From contig JBJMMA010000060.1 of assembly GCA_045805065.1 (NCBI GenBank), positions 1 through 64,000 on the forward strand: a stretch of 64,000 bases of DNA. Direction: 5' to 3'. The stretch is from Bdellovibrionia bacterium (GTDB taxonomy: Bacteria > Bdellovibrionota > UBA1018). Position 1 is the stretch's first letter. Each line of letters begins with the position of its first letter. The translations under genes were made by a program, and so were the position numbers. Below are positions 1 through 9,640 of the stretch, piece after piece. Under the pieces are notes generated by a model. That model was given only the letters and a program-made list of their open reading frames with translations. It made no database searches and was not told the DNA's origin.

Positions 1-728
<728 letters not shown>

Positions 729-997
729 ATTATTATTCTTTAGTCAGGATTCATTCTGACTACTGACCTTTCTGATTCTTCCCTATTCTTGGATCTCTGA
801 GGGTTTACGAACCTCTGATCAGAGATTCAAGAATACGGAGAATGAGGGCTCTTGATCTGTCTCAGACAGAGCAGAGCGATAAAAATAGCTAGAAAGCTAA
901 CGCTAATTGAAAAAATTTAAATTTTAGTCTTGATCTATCGAACGCACTTATGGTTTTAGTCACTGCAACCAAAAGATTACCCAATCTGTTATAAGTT

Positions 998-1115
998 TGG
1001 GGGTGTCAATGGCGGCGGGGTTCCACCTGATCCCATCTCGAACTCAGAAGTTAAGCCCGCCCACGGCGATCCTAGTACCGAGGAAGCTCGGCGCTAACCT
1101 AGCTCGATGCCCCCA
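998..1115 (+). rRNA. rrf: 5S rRNA
   Basis: CCACCTGATCCCATCTCGAACTCAGAAGTTAAGC motif; terminal helix TGGGGGTGTC/GATGCCCCCA; lies downstream of 23S. Confidence 0.95.
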
Positions 1116-1126
1116 TTTTTTTATCG

Positions 1127-1172
1127 AAAACCCTGGCTCTCAGTTGAAACACACTGCTGACCCAGGGTTTTT
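1127..1172 (+). terminator. Intrinsic terminator of the rRNA operon
   Basis: AAAACCCTGG...CCAGGGTTTTT inverted repeat followed by a U-tract right after 5S. Confidence 0.75.
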
Positions 1173-1268
1173 GCTTTTTCGATATCTTAAATTCAATGCC
1201 GCTTTTATTTGCTCTGTGTGAAATCTCCTTTATAAAGATAGAACACATACATTTAGGGAGAATCTCAC

Positions 1269-1385
1269 ATGGGTCGTGGACGTAAAAGTAAAGCAATCAA
1301 GATGAAGAACCGTAAAAACCAGGTTGCGAAGAAGGCACGTATTAAAAAGCGCGCCGAAACTGTGCGTAAAGCTCGCGCAAAATAG
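1269..1385 (+). CDS. 38-aa highly basic small protein MGRGRKSKAIKMKNRKNQVAKKARIKKRAETVRKARAK (not in the ORF track)
   Basis: AGGGAG RBS upstream of ATG 1269, TAG at 1383-1385, own terminator at 1414-1453; 18 of 38 residues are Lys/Arg. Confidence 0.8.
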   Translation: MGRGRKSKAIKMKNRKNQVAKKARIKKRAETVRKARAK

Positions 1386-1413
1386 GTTCTAACTTAATAA
1401 AGTTTGAATATTT

Positions 1414-1453
1414 AAAAAAGGGAGAGACATCGTTAGATGTCTCTCCCTTTTTT
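1414..1453 (+). terminator. Intrinsic (likely bidirectional) terminator
   Basis: AAAAAAGGGAGAGACATC-gtta-GATGTCTCTCCCTTTTTT perfect stem with A/U tracts. Confidence 0.9.
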
Positions 1454-1667
1454 GCTTTTCTGCGATTTAAGCGTCATTTTTCCGCCAAAAGCTGATCTAT
1501 TTTCCGGTTCGTCAAAGATCTGGCGCCTTTTCCTCGTAAATTCAGCACTTTCTGCCGTCTTCCGTTCATTTCATGGGTTGTCGCGCGCGATTTGCTGTCT
1601 TAGACTTAAACTATGCGCGGAGCGAGCGGAGCTTGCTACCTGCCTTTGGGTCTTCATGGAGGAAGAT

Positions 1668-1695
1668 TCAATTCTTTTCGGCTATTTGCCGATAA
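1668..1695 (+). promoter_or_regulatory. sigma28 (FliA)-like promoter
   Basis: TCAAT-N15-GCCGATAA; the -10 is a perfect match to the FliA consensus. Confidence 0.7.
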
Positions 1696-1722
1696 GTGTT
1701 CGAGAGGGATGGTAAACAGATC

Positions 1723-3729
1723 ATGAGCTCTTTGCCCAAATATCAGAGGTTCATCGGAAGACTCCTCACCCAAACCTTGGCGGTTTCGCTCTCGTTCTCA
1801 ATGACGTTTGGGACGTTTGGCGGATATGAATTATCGATTCAGAGCGCTCAGGCTGCGACTAAGCAAGAAGTCGATGGCGCCAAAGCAGAAATGCAGCAGG
1901 CTGAAAGAGATCTTAAGTCTCAAGAATCTGAGCTTAAGGAAAAAAAGAGTGAGTTAAAGGCCGTCGAGAGATCGATGGATGACGGCGATAATGCGAACTG
2001 TAGCCTGTGCCGTCCTAGTTGCACTGCAGGTTGTACTGACGAATTCGTGGCCACTTTGACTATCGCAAAAGATGCGAATCAGATGAGAGCCTTTCGTTCT
2101 GGCTCGGTTGATTCTTGCACCCTAATTTACGAAGAAAAGGGCGAAAGTATCCCATCTGCATGTAAAGCTCAGGTCCTCAAATGTACCTCGGTTGCGAAAG
2201 CACGCAGAAAGAAGCAGCTCGAAAGAGACATTAAAGAGCTTACCGACAGCATTAAAGACACAAAGAAAGAATTATCCGTAAAGCGCGAAGCATATAATAG
2301 CGCAAATGGTGATTGCGCCGACTGCGCTCTTGAAGCTCAAAAAGCTCAAATGCGCGCGATGTATCGCGAGCCTTCGACAGGTGAGTTGATTGTTGCAGGT
2401 ATCGGTGCAGCGACTCCTCTTCTGATGGGCGGACTTGGCGCTTACATGGGCATCCGCGGGATGAATCAGTACACCGGGATGTACAACAACTATCTCAATA
2501 CTTGCTCGACGATGGGCATTCCATGCTCCGCTCCAGGAATGGGCGGAATGGGAATGGCTGGCATGATGGGCGGTATGGGCATGGGAATGTACGGAATGGG
2601 CGGCCTTGGAATGCTCGGTATGGGCATGGGCGGCGGCTCACTTCTGGGTGGAATTGTCGGTGGTATCGGCGGCGGCATCCCAGGTTTCGGAATGATGGGA
2701 ATGGGCATGCCAGGTATGGGCATGTACGGTAACGCTCTTGTTGGCGGCGTCGTCGGTGGTATCGGCGGCGGATTCCCTGGTTACGGCATGGGCATGATGG
2801 GCATGGGTATGCCTGGAATGGGCATGTACGGCATGGGCGGTTTCGGAATGCCTGGCCTCGGAATGCTCGGAATGGGTATGGGCGGTGGTGCCCTCGTTGG
2901 CGGAGTTGTCGGTGGAATCCCAGGTTATGGCATGGGCATGATGGGCATGGGTATGCCTGGAATGGGCATGGCCGGTCTCGGAATGATGGGAATGGGCATG
3001 CCTGGCCTCGGTATGATGGGTATGGGCATGTACGGTAACGCTCTTGTTGGCGGCGTCGTCGGTGGTATCGGCGGCGGATTCCCTGGTTACGGTATGGGCA
3101 TGATGGGCATGGGTATGCCTGGAATGGGCATGTACGGCATGGGCATGGGCGGTCTCGGAATGCCTGGCTTCGGTATGCCCGGAATGGGCATGTACGGAAA
3201 CTCCCTTGTTGGTGGAGTTGTCGGCGGTATCGGTGGCGGCATGGGCGGCCTCGGTATGCCTGGCATGGGCATGTACGGCATGGGTTTCCCTGGCATGGGC
3301 ATGGCCGGAATGGGCGCACTTGGAATGGGCGGCGTAGGGATGATGGGCGCACCCGGTATGATGGGTAGCTTGTTTCCAAGCGGTTCTATGACCGGTGGTT
3401 GGGCTATGCCTAATACGGGTTGGGGCACGGGCTTCAATTCGGGCTTATTTCCAAATGGCAACAGCCAGTACGGAAACCTCTATAACCAATCTATGCAGTA
3501 CGCGATGCAACAGGCTCAGCGTCAGCAATCCGATCTTATGCTTGCTCAACAACAAGCCTGGGAAGCTCAGCAGCGTGTAGGCCAGATCATGTCCAGTGGC
3601 GCCGGCTATGGCGGCGGTGGCATCGGTTTCGGAAATATCGGCGGAAGCTTTGGTGGCAGCTTTGGAGTCGGCGCAGCCGGATTCATGGGCTACGGCTTAG
3701 GCACCGGCGGCGGAATGCGCTCCTTCTAA
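1723..3729 (+). CDS. Secreted protein: signal peptide, Cys-rich/coiled-coil N-domain and long Gly/Met-rich glycine-zipper repeat region; putative precursor/substrate of the downstream SdpAB-like proteins
   Basis: ORF 1696..3729 with likely start ATG 1723 after GAGGGA; AQA|A cleavage site; 11 Cys; five L(V/L)GG(V/I)VGGI motifs in GMG-rich sequence. Confidence 0.85.
   Translation: MSSLPKYQRFIGRLLTQTLAVSLSFSMTFGTFGGYELSIQSAQAATKQEVDGAKAEMQQAERDLKSQESELKEKKSELKAVERSMDDGDNANCSLCRPSCTAGCTDEFVATLTIAKDANQMRAFRSGSVDSCTLIYEEKGESIPSACKAQVLKCTSVAKARRKKQLERDIKELTDSIKDTKKELSVKREAYNSANGDCADCALEAQKAQMRAMYREPSTGELIVAGIGAATPLLMGGLGAYMGIRGMNQYTGMYNNYLNTCSTMGIPCSAPGMGGMGMAGMMGGMGMGMYGMGGLGMLGMGMGGGSLLGGIVGGIGGGIPGFGMMGMGMPGMGMYGNALVGGVVGGIGGGFPGYGMGMMGMGMPGMGMYGMGGFGMPGLGMLGMGMGGGALVGGVVGGIPGYGMGMMGMGMPGMGMAGLGMMGMGMPGLGMMGMGMYGNALVGGVVGGIGGGFPGYGMGMMGMGMPGMGMYGMGMGGLGMPGFGMPGMGMYGNSLVGGVVGGIGGGMGGLGMPGMGMYGMGFPGMGMAGMGALGMGGVGMMGAPGMMGSLFPSGSMTGGWAMPNTGWGTGFNSGLFPNGNSQYGNLYNQSMQYAMQQAQRQQSDLMLAQQQAWEAQQRVGQIMSSGAGYGGGGIGFGNIGGSFGGSFGVGAAGFMGYGLGTGGGMRSF
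2713..3144 (+). repeat. Near-identical 126-bp internal duplication (2713-2838 and 3019-3144, offset 306 bp)
   Basis: The two copies differ at one synonymous position (ggc/ggt). Confidence 0.9.
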
Positions 3730-3779
3730 GCAAGCCAGGCTAAGCAAGCCAGGACTGGATTTTAAATTGGAGGTCCCCC

Positions 3780-4310
3780 ATGGATGGCGGAGCCTTAAAG
3801 TGGATCAAGGCCGCGCTCTCAGTCTTTGTTGTATTTCAGCTGACTGTGGTCTTGCTTGCCCCGAATGGCGATCATTATGTGGGGGCGACTCTCGAACCAT
3901 TCGTCGAGCCTTACGCGAATTTCTTTGAGCTCACCAATAAATGGAGCTTCTTTGCTCCAGAGCCAGGGCCTCCTCCTGTCTTTGTCGAATACGAGATCCT
4001 GGGCGCAAATGGCGAGTCGATTCACAAGGCACGTTTTCCGGAAGAGAAGAGTCCTTACTTCCTAAGAGATCGGCAAAACCGCCGGATCGCATCCGTTGAG
4101 TTCATGATGCCGGGCGAGGACCGCGTGGAGAAGGTGATGGTGCCGTATCTTTGCGGGAAGAACCCTGAGGCGCAAGCCATCAAGCTTTGGCGCGTGGCCT
4201 ATACCGTTCCTTCCATGGAAGATGTCGCCAGCGGAAAACGCCAGTTTGGCGATGAGGTCAATCTCGAGCGCCGGGTGGTTTCTCATACTTATTGTGAGAG
4301 GAAGATATGA
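3780..4310 (+). CDS. SdpA/DUF5819-like membrane-anchored protein
   Basis: N-terminal hydrophobic helix then WSFFAPEP motif typical of SdpA/DUF5819 proteins; GGAGG RBS; overlaps the next gene (ATGA). Confidence 0.7.
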   Translation: MDGGALKWIKAALSVFVVFQLTVVLLAPNGDHYVGATLEPFVEPYANFFELTNKWSFFAPEPGPPPVFVEYEILGANGESIHKARFPEEKSPYFLRDRQNRRIASVEFMMPGEDRVEKVMVPYLCGKNPEAQAIKLWRVAYTVPSMEDVASGKRQFGDEVNLERRVVSHTYCERKI

Positions 4311-5299
4311 TTTCAATGCTGAGAGCGCAGGCGGGTCGTGCGGGAGCAGCTTGGAATCACTTCTGGTTTGAGGCTGAAACGGGTCCGCAGATGCGGGTGT
4401 TTCGGACCTGCTTTGCGACGCTGCTTTTTATAGCCTATTCAATCCGAAGCCTCGATCTTGAGCTCTTTTACTCGGATCATGGCCTGATCAAGCTCTCGGT
4501 CTTGGATGAGCTTGTTCCGATGAGTTACCGGTATTCGATCTTCCAGCTCTTTCCAAGCACGACGGCGCTTTGGATCGGGAATACGGTTTTTCTGGGAAGC
4601 CTTCTTGCGCTCATCTTTGGATTTTACCCAAGGGTTGCGGCGCTGGTGGCATCGATTCTTCATATTTCTTTTTTGCATCGCAATCTTGGGGCCTCTTACG
4701 GGATGGATACGATTGCGACGTTCTATCTGCTCTACCTTTGCCTGGCTGATTACCGTGACCGTCCCCAGGCCAGCGCGCTGGCCCGTTCTACGACGGAGTT
4801 TGTTCCTGACTTGCGATCGGTTGTGGGATCCATGGCTTTCAGGCTGTCTCAAATCCAGCTTTGCGTGATCTACGGGTATTCCGGATTACATAAGCTTCGT
4901 GGAATTTATTGGTGGAAGGGTGAGGGGATCTGGAGCGTTCTGGCTAATTTCCAGATGGCCCGCTTTGATTTCAGCTGGACCGCGCACTTTCCGTTCTTGC
5001 TGACTTTCATGAGCTTTGTCAGCCTGTTCTGGGAAATCTATTTTCCAGCCCTGATCTGGATCCGCCCTCTGCGCTATCCGCTTTTGGTCTTTGGCGTTTT
5101 ATTCCATCTGGGGATTGGAATTTCGATCAGCATTCCATTCTTTGCCGCAGTCATGATTCTGATCTATATTCTCTACGTTGACGCAGCGCATTGCGCTATG
5201 GCGGAGCGTTATTTTCTAGCGAAGATTCAATCGATTCACTTTTTTCGTAAAGGTTTTCGTAAAGTTTCTTTGGGACACACCGAAGAGATCAGTGTCTAG
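4307..5299 (+). CDS. HTTM-domain (SdpB/vitamin K-dependent carboxylase-like) membrane protein
   Basis: WNHFWF start, HRN...GMD, QIQLCVIYGYSGLHKL..YWWKG, WE..FP and FHLGI motifs; multiple TM helices. Confidence 0.85.
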   Translation: MISMLRAQAGRAGAAWNHFWFEAETGPQMRVFRTCFATLLFIAYSIRSLDLELFYSDHGLIKLSVLDELVPMSYRYSIFQLFPSTTALWIGNTVFLGSLLALIFGFYPRVAALVASILHISFLHRNLGASYGMDTIATFYLLYLCLADYRDRPQASALARSTTEFVPDLRSVVGSMAFRLSQIQLCVIYGYSGLHKLRGIYWWKGEGIWSVLANFQMARFDFSWTAHFPFLLTFMSFVSLFWEIYFPALIWIRPLRYPLLVFGVLFHLGIGISISIPFFAAVMILIYILYVDAAHCAMAERYFLAKIQSIHFFRKGFRKVSLGHTEEISV

Positions 5300-5462
5300 G
5301 CTAGAGGACTTTGGTGGGTACTCGAAGTCTAGGCCACTTGACTGAGGACCGCTGCCGCTTGCCAAATCGCTGAGGAGGCGAAATGGGTACAGCAACAAGA
5401 GGTGGTGGTCCTCAGACGCTTTTCAGGGTAGTCTGAGCCCCGGGACCTTTCCCAACTCACTT

Positions 5463-5879
5463 ATGATCAGACTCAATCACATTGGAATCGCCGTTGCCGA
5501 TCTGCCAGGGCTGAAAAAGCTGTTTGGTATTTTGGGCGTTGAAGTGAATCACACTGAGCCAGTCCCTGAGCAGGGGGTAAAAACCCATTTCCTGCCGATC
5601 CAGCCTGATGCGGGCGGAAGTCATCTTGAGTTCCTGGAAGTCCTGGATCCTCAAGGAACTGTCGCGCAGTTCATCAATAAGCGTGGACCGGGAATTCATC
5701 ATCTTTCTTTTACCGTTCCTCAGGGCGAACTCGACGCGCTTTGCGATCGACTTCGATCCGAGGGTTTTCGTCTGATCTATGAAAAGCCCAAAGCAGGGGC
5801 CCATCAGATGAGGATTAATTTCATTCATCCCGCCTCTGCAGGCGGAATGCTTATTGAAATCATGGAGCCAAACTCATGA
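5463..5879 (+). CDS. mce: Methylmalonyl-CoA epimerase (VOC family)
   Basis: HIGIAV, EQGV, GPGIHHL, FIHP..AGGMLIE motifs. Confidence 0.85.
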   Translation: MIRLNHIGIAVADLPGLKKLFGILGVEVNHTEPVPEQGVKTHFLPIQPDAGGSHLEFLEVLDPQGTVAQFINKRGPGIHHLSFTVPQGELDALCDRLRSEGFRLIYEKPKAGAHQMRINFIHPASAGGMLIEIMEPNS

Positions 5880-6634
5880 TGCCGATTCGCCTCACGCCTA
5901 CCGTCAAAGCCATCATGATCGCTTGTTTTGCGGCGTTTGTGATCCAAAAGACCGGGGATGGCTTTTTTCACACAAGCATTGGGTACTACTTTGCGCTGAC
6001 GCCTGATCTGGCGGTGAAGAATCACTATCTTTGGCAGCTGGTGACTTATGCGTTTCTGCACGCTGACGTCATGCATCTGTTCTTTAACCTCCTGATGCTC
6101 GCCTTTATTGGAAGTGAGCTCGAGATGATCTGGGGACGCGCCAAGTTCCTTCGGTACTACTTCTTTTGCTCGATCATGGCAGGGATCACCTATCTGGTGA
6201 TCGCGCTCCTGGCTGACCAGACTTCCACCGCGATGGTTGGAGCTTCGGGGGGCATTTACGGGCTTTTGATGGCCTATGGCCTGATTTTCAGTGAGCGCGT
6301 CCTTTTGTTCATGATGCTCTTTCCGATGAAGGCCAAGCAATTTGTCTGGGTCTTGGCCGGGATTGAGTTCATGTCCTCTGTCTTTTCAGCTCATAACGCC
6401 TGGGGAAGTGTGGCGCATCTGGGCGGTATGGCGGCTGGCTTTGGACTTCTTTGGGGTCAGGCTGCATGGCGCGTTTATAAAAGACAGCGTTCCGAGTCAG
6501 CCGAGCTTCGTCGCCGAGACAAGCGTCGGAAGTCATCGAATCACCTTCGCCTGGTGGTTAACAAAGACAAAGGTGGCTCTAAATCCAAGTCAAATGATCA
6601 GGATTCGGACGACTCGCCCAAAACGTGGCACTAA
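5876..6634 (+). CDS. Rhomboid family intramembrane serine protease
   Basis: WQLVTYAFLH, HLFFN, GASG and AHLGG catalytic motifs. Confidence 0.92.
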   Translation: MMPIRLTPTVKAIMIACFAAFVIQKTGDGFFHTSIGYYFALTPDLAVKNHYLWQLVTYAFLHADVMHLFFNLLMLAFIGSELEMIWGRAKFLRYYFFCSIMAGITYLVIALLADQTSTAMVGASGGIYGLLMAYGLIFSERVLLFMMLFPMKAKQFVWVLAGIEFMSSVFSAHNAWGSVAHLGGMAAGFGLLWGQAAWRVYKRQRSESAELRRRDKRRKSSNHLRLVVNKDKGGSKSKSNDQDSDDSPKTWH

Positions 6635-6706
6635 TGGGCACTGATTGAAGAGTCCCCCGGCTTGGGGTTGACATGAGAGTGACCGGCGATCTAATAATGA
6701 CTCCCT

Positions 6707-6895
6707 ATGACACTCCTCCACGAAGCTGTAGAAGCTAAGAAGTTTGATGTTCGTGTAATTGAAAGAAACGTTGCTCGCGGTGTTGTCCCTGACGCTGATG
6801 CGAAGAAGGTAGTGCAATCCCTTCCGGATGACGCTGAAGCAGGCGAGTGGGTTAGCATTGAATCCATCGCTGGCGAAACGCCATCCAACTCCTAA
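6707..6895 (+). CDS. Small conserved hypothetical protein (62 aa)
   Basis: TTGACA-N18-TAATAA promoter just upstream; FDVRVIERN..RG...LPD pattern; codon usage like highly expressed genes. Confidence 0.7.
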   Translation: MTLLHEAVEAKKFDVRVIERNVARGVVPDADAKKVVQSLPDDAEAGEWVSIESIAGETPSNS

Positions 6896-7054
6896 GCTCG
6901 AATTCATTCAGCTTTTCATCTGAAATAAACTTTTAGCGGTAACCCCCGATTGAGTTCGGTGATCTATTCGGGGTATACCGCCATTCTATTTTGCCTCTAC
7001 AGCTCGCTGTAGTGCGCTTTTATCGATGCGGATAAGCCGCATCGCCTATGCAAG

Positions 7055-8002
7055 GTGGCTATGTCGAATTCATCGTCTGGTGTTGAATCGGTTGTCATCG
7101 TCGGTACTGGACCTGCGGGTCTTACGGCCGCGATCTATACTGCACGCGCGAATCTGAGTCCGTTGTGCATTGAGGGTGAGCAACCCGGTGGACAGCTGAC
7201 CATCACTAGCGATGTGGAAAACTATCCTGGATTCGCAGAGCCAGTGACGGGACCGAATCTGATGTCGGCGTTCCGTGAGCAAGCAGCGCGTTTCGGCACG
7301 CGCTTTCTGCAAGGCCACATCAACAAAGTCGATCTCTCGAAGCGTCCGTTCAAGCTTCAGCTTTCGGACGGAAAAGAGATTCTCACCGAGACGTTGATCT
7401 TGGCTACTGGCGCATCAGCCAAGTGGTTGGGCCTTCCAAGCGAGCGCAAGCTCATGGGCAAAGGCGTCTCCGCATGCGCGACTTGCGACGGATTCTTTTT
7501 CCGCAACATGGATATCATCGTAGTTGGCGGTGGTGACACCGCAATGGAAGAAGCAACTTTCCTGACTCGCTTTGCGAAAACGGTCACGATCGTTCATCGC
7601 CGCGACAAGCTCAGAGCAAGTCGCATCATGCAAGACAAGGCGGCAAAGAATCCAAAAATCAAGTTCATCTGGAACACAGGCATTGATGAAGTCTTGGGCG
7701 ATCAGGCTGTCACCGGTGTACGTTTGAGAAATCTTCAAACGAACGAAGTGACGGATATGCCTGCTCAAGGCCTTTTCATTGCCATCGGACATGAGCCAAA
7801 CACGGGCCCATTCAAAGAATTTTTGAAAACGGATGAGTCTGGCTACATCATTGTTGAGCCAGGAACTACCAAGACCAATATCCCAGGTGTTTTCGCAGCT
7901 GGCGACGTGGCAGATAAAGTCTATCGCCAGGCGGTTACCGCGGCAGGCACCGGATGCATGGCTGCAATCGACGCTGAGCGTTTCCTAGAGTCTGTCGAGT
8001 AA
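7055..8002 (+). CDS. trxB: Thioredoxin-disulfide reductase
   Basis: GTGPAG, ENYPG, CATCDG, GGGDTA, FAAGDV.D..YRQA motifs. Confidence 0.97.
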   Translation: MAMSNSSSGVESVVIVGTGPAGLTAAIYTARANLSPLCIEGEQPGGQLTITSDVENYPGFAEPVTGPNLMSAFREQAARFGTRFLQGHINKVDLSKRPFKLQLSDGKEILTETLILATGASAKWLGLPSERKLMGKGVSACATCDGFFFRNMDIIVVGGGDTAMEEATFLTRFAKTVTIVHRRDKLRASRIMQDKAAKNPKIKFIWNTGIDEVLGDQAVTGVRLRNLQTNEVTDMPAQGLFIAIGHEPNTGPFKEFLKTDESGYIIVEPGTTKTNIPGVFAAGDVADKVYRQAVTAAGTGCMAAIDAERFLESVE

Positions 8003-8041
8003 GGCTCATCGGTCGAGTAAGACCCCAGGAGTTTAATTTTT

Positions 8042-9640
8042 ATGTCTACTTCCCAAAAAGATTCTACCTCAAAAGAGTCTACAAAGACGAATCCGGCAAC
8101 GCCAGCAACGGAGAGTGATCTTTCCGAACAGGTTCAGGTTCGCTTTGATAAACTTGCACGCATTCGCGATCGTAAAGAGAATCCATATAAGAATGGATTC
8201 AATCCAAGCGCACTGGCTTCCGAGCTTCACTCCTCCCATGGCTCCAAATCCAAGGAAGAGCTTGAAGCTGCTGCGATTCCAGCGTCTGTTGCCGGACGCA
8301 TTATGGCGATTCGTGATTTCGGGAAGGCATCTTTCATTCGCTTGAAGGATCGCACGGGCCTGATTCAGCTCTTCGTCCAGAAAGATAAGATCGGTCCTGA
8401 GAACTATGCTCGTTTCAAAGAGCTGGACCTCGGCGACATCGTTTTCTCAAAGGGCACGGTCTTTAAGACCAAGACCGGCGAACTTTCGGTGAACTCGGAC
8501 TCTGTTGAGCTTGTGACGAAGTCGCTTCGTCCGATGCCAGAGAAGTTCCATGGCATTTCTGACGTTGAGATCAAGTATCGCCAACGTTATCTCGATTTGA
8601 TCGTTACGGAAGAAACGAAGGAAACTTTCCGGAAGCGCTCCAAGATCGTTGAGACGATTCGTCGCTTCTTTGTCGATCATGACTTCATGGAAGTCGAAAC
8701 GCCGATGATGCATCCAGTGGCTGGCGGCGCAACGGCTCGTCCTTTCAAGACGCATCACAATGCACTGGATATGCAGCTTTTCCTGCGTATCGCACCTGAG
8801 CTTTATTTGAAGCGCCTGGTGGTGGGTGGATTTGAGCGTGTGTTCGAGATCAATCGCAACTTTCGTAACGAAGGCATTTCGATCAAGCATAATCCAGAGT
8901 TCACGATGCTTGAGTTCTATCAAGCGTACGCGACCTATGAAGACTTGATGGATCTCACCGAAAAGCTTTTCCAGAAAATTGCTGACGATGTGGTCGGCTC
9001 CCGCAAGATCACTTATCAAGGCACCGAAATCAACTTGGATGGCAGCTGGGAACGCATCAGCGTTGAAGACGCGATCATGAAGTATTCCGGATTCGGAAAG
9101 TTTGCTGACCGCTCCAAGCTTCGCGATCGCGATACGCTCCTTGCCTACGGCAAGGAGAAGAAGCTTTCGATGAATCCAAAGGATTCGACGGGCGGCCTCA
9201 TGATGGTGATCTTTGATGAGGAAGTGGAGTCCAAGCTCATTCAACCAACGTTTGTGACGCTTTATCCGTTGGATATTTCGCCGCTCTCTCGTCAGAACGA
9301 GAAGGATCCTTTCCTGGTTGATCGTTTCGAGATGTATATTTATGGCCGCGAGATGGCGAATGCCTTCTCCGAGCTCAACGATCCAATCGATCAGAAGCAG
9401 CGTTTTGAACATCAAGTCGATGCCAAGAACGCAGGTAATGAAGAAGCCTGCGACATGGATGAAGACTACGTTACCGCTCTTGAGTACGGCATGCCTCCAA
9501 CAGCAGGTCAGGGAATTGGCATTGATCGTCTGGTCATGCTCTTCACGGATTCGCCAAGTATTCGTGACGTGATTCTCTTCCCACTGATGCGTCCTGTGAA
9601 GACTCACAACGTTGAAGTAAAAGGTGACGGAGAAGCCTGA
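8042..9640 (+). CDS. lysS: Lysine--tRNA ligase (class II)
   Basis: YRQRYLDL, RIAPELYLKRL, FRNEG, HNPEFTMLE, GMPPTAG.GIGIDRL. Confidence 0.98.
   Translation: MSTSQKDSTSKESTKTNPATPATESDLSEQVQVRFDKLARIRDRKENPYKNGFNPSALASELHSSHGSKSKEELEAAAIPASVAGRIMAIRDFGKASFIRLKDRTGLIQLFVQKDKIGPENYARFKELDLGDIVFSKGTVFKTKTGELSVNSDSVELVTKSLRPMPEKFHGISDVEIKYRQRYLDLIVTEETKETFRKRSKIVETIRRFFVDHDFMEVETPMMHPVAGGATARPFKTHHNALDMQLFLRIAPELYLKRLVVGGFERVFEINRNFRNEGISIKHNPEFTMLEFYQAYATYEDLMDLTEKLFQKIADDVVGSRKITYQGTEINLDGSWERISVEDAIMKYSGFGKFADRSKLRDRDTLLAYGKEKKLSMNPKDSTGGLMMVIFDEEVESKLIQPTFVTLYPLDISPLSRQNEKDPFLVDRFEMYIYGREMANAFSELNDPIDQKQRFEHQVDAKNAGNEEACDMDEDYVTALEYGMPPTAGQGIGIDRLVMLFTDSPSIRDVILFPLMRPVKTHNVEVKGDGEA

Noticed and set aside
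1437..1715. 92-aa ORF upstream of the Gly/Met gene
   Set aside because: It starts inside a terminator stem, spans the promoter region and has no coding features.
2490..3461. Pro/Cys-rich antisense and alternative-frame ORFs in the Gly/Met gene
   Set aside because: Shadows of the GGN-ATG repeat; no RBS or independent signal.
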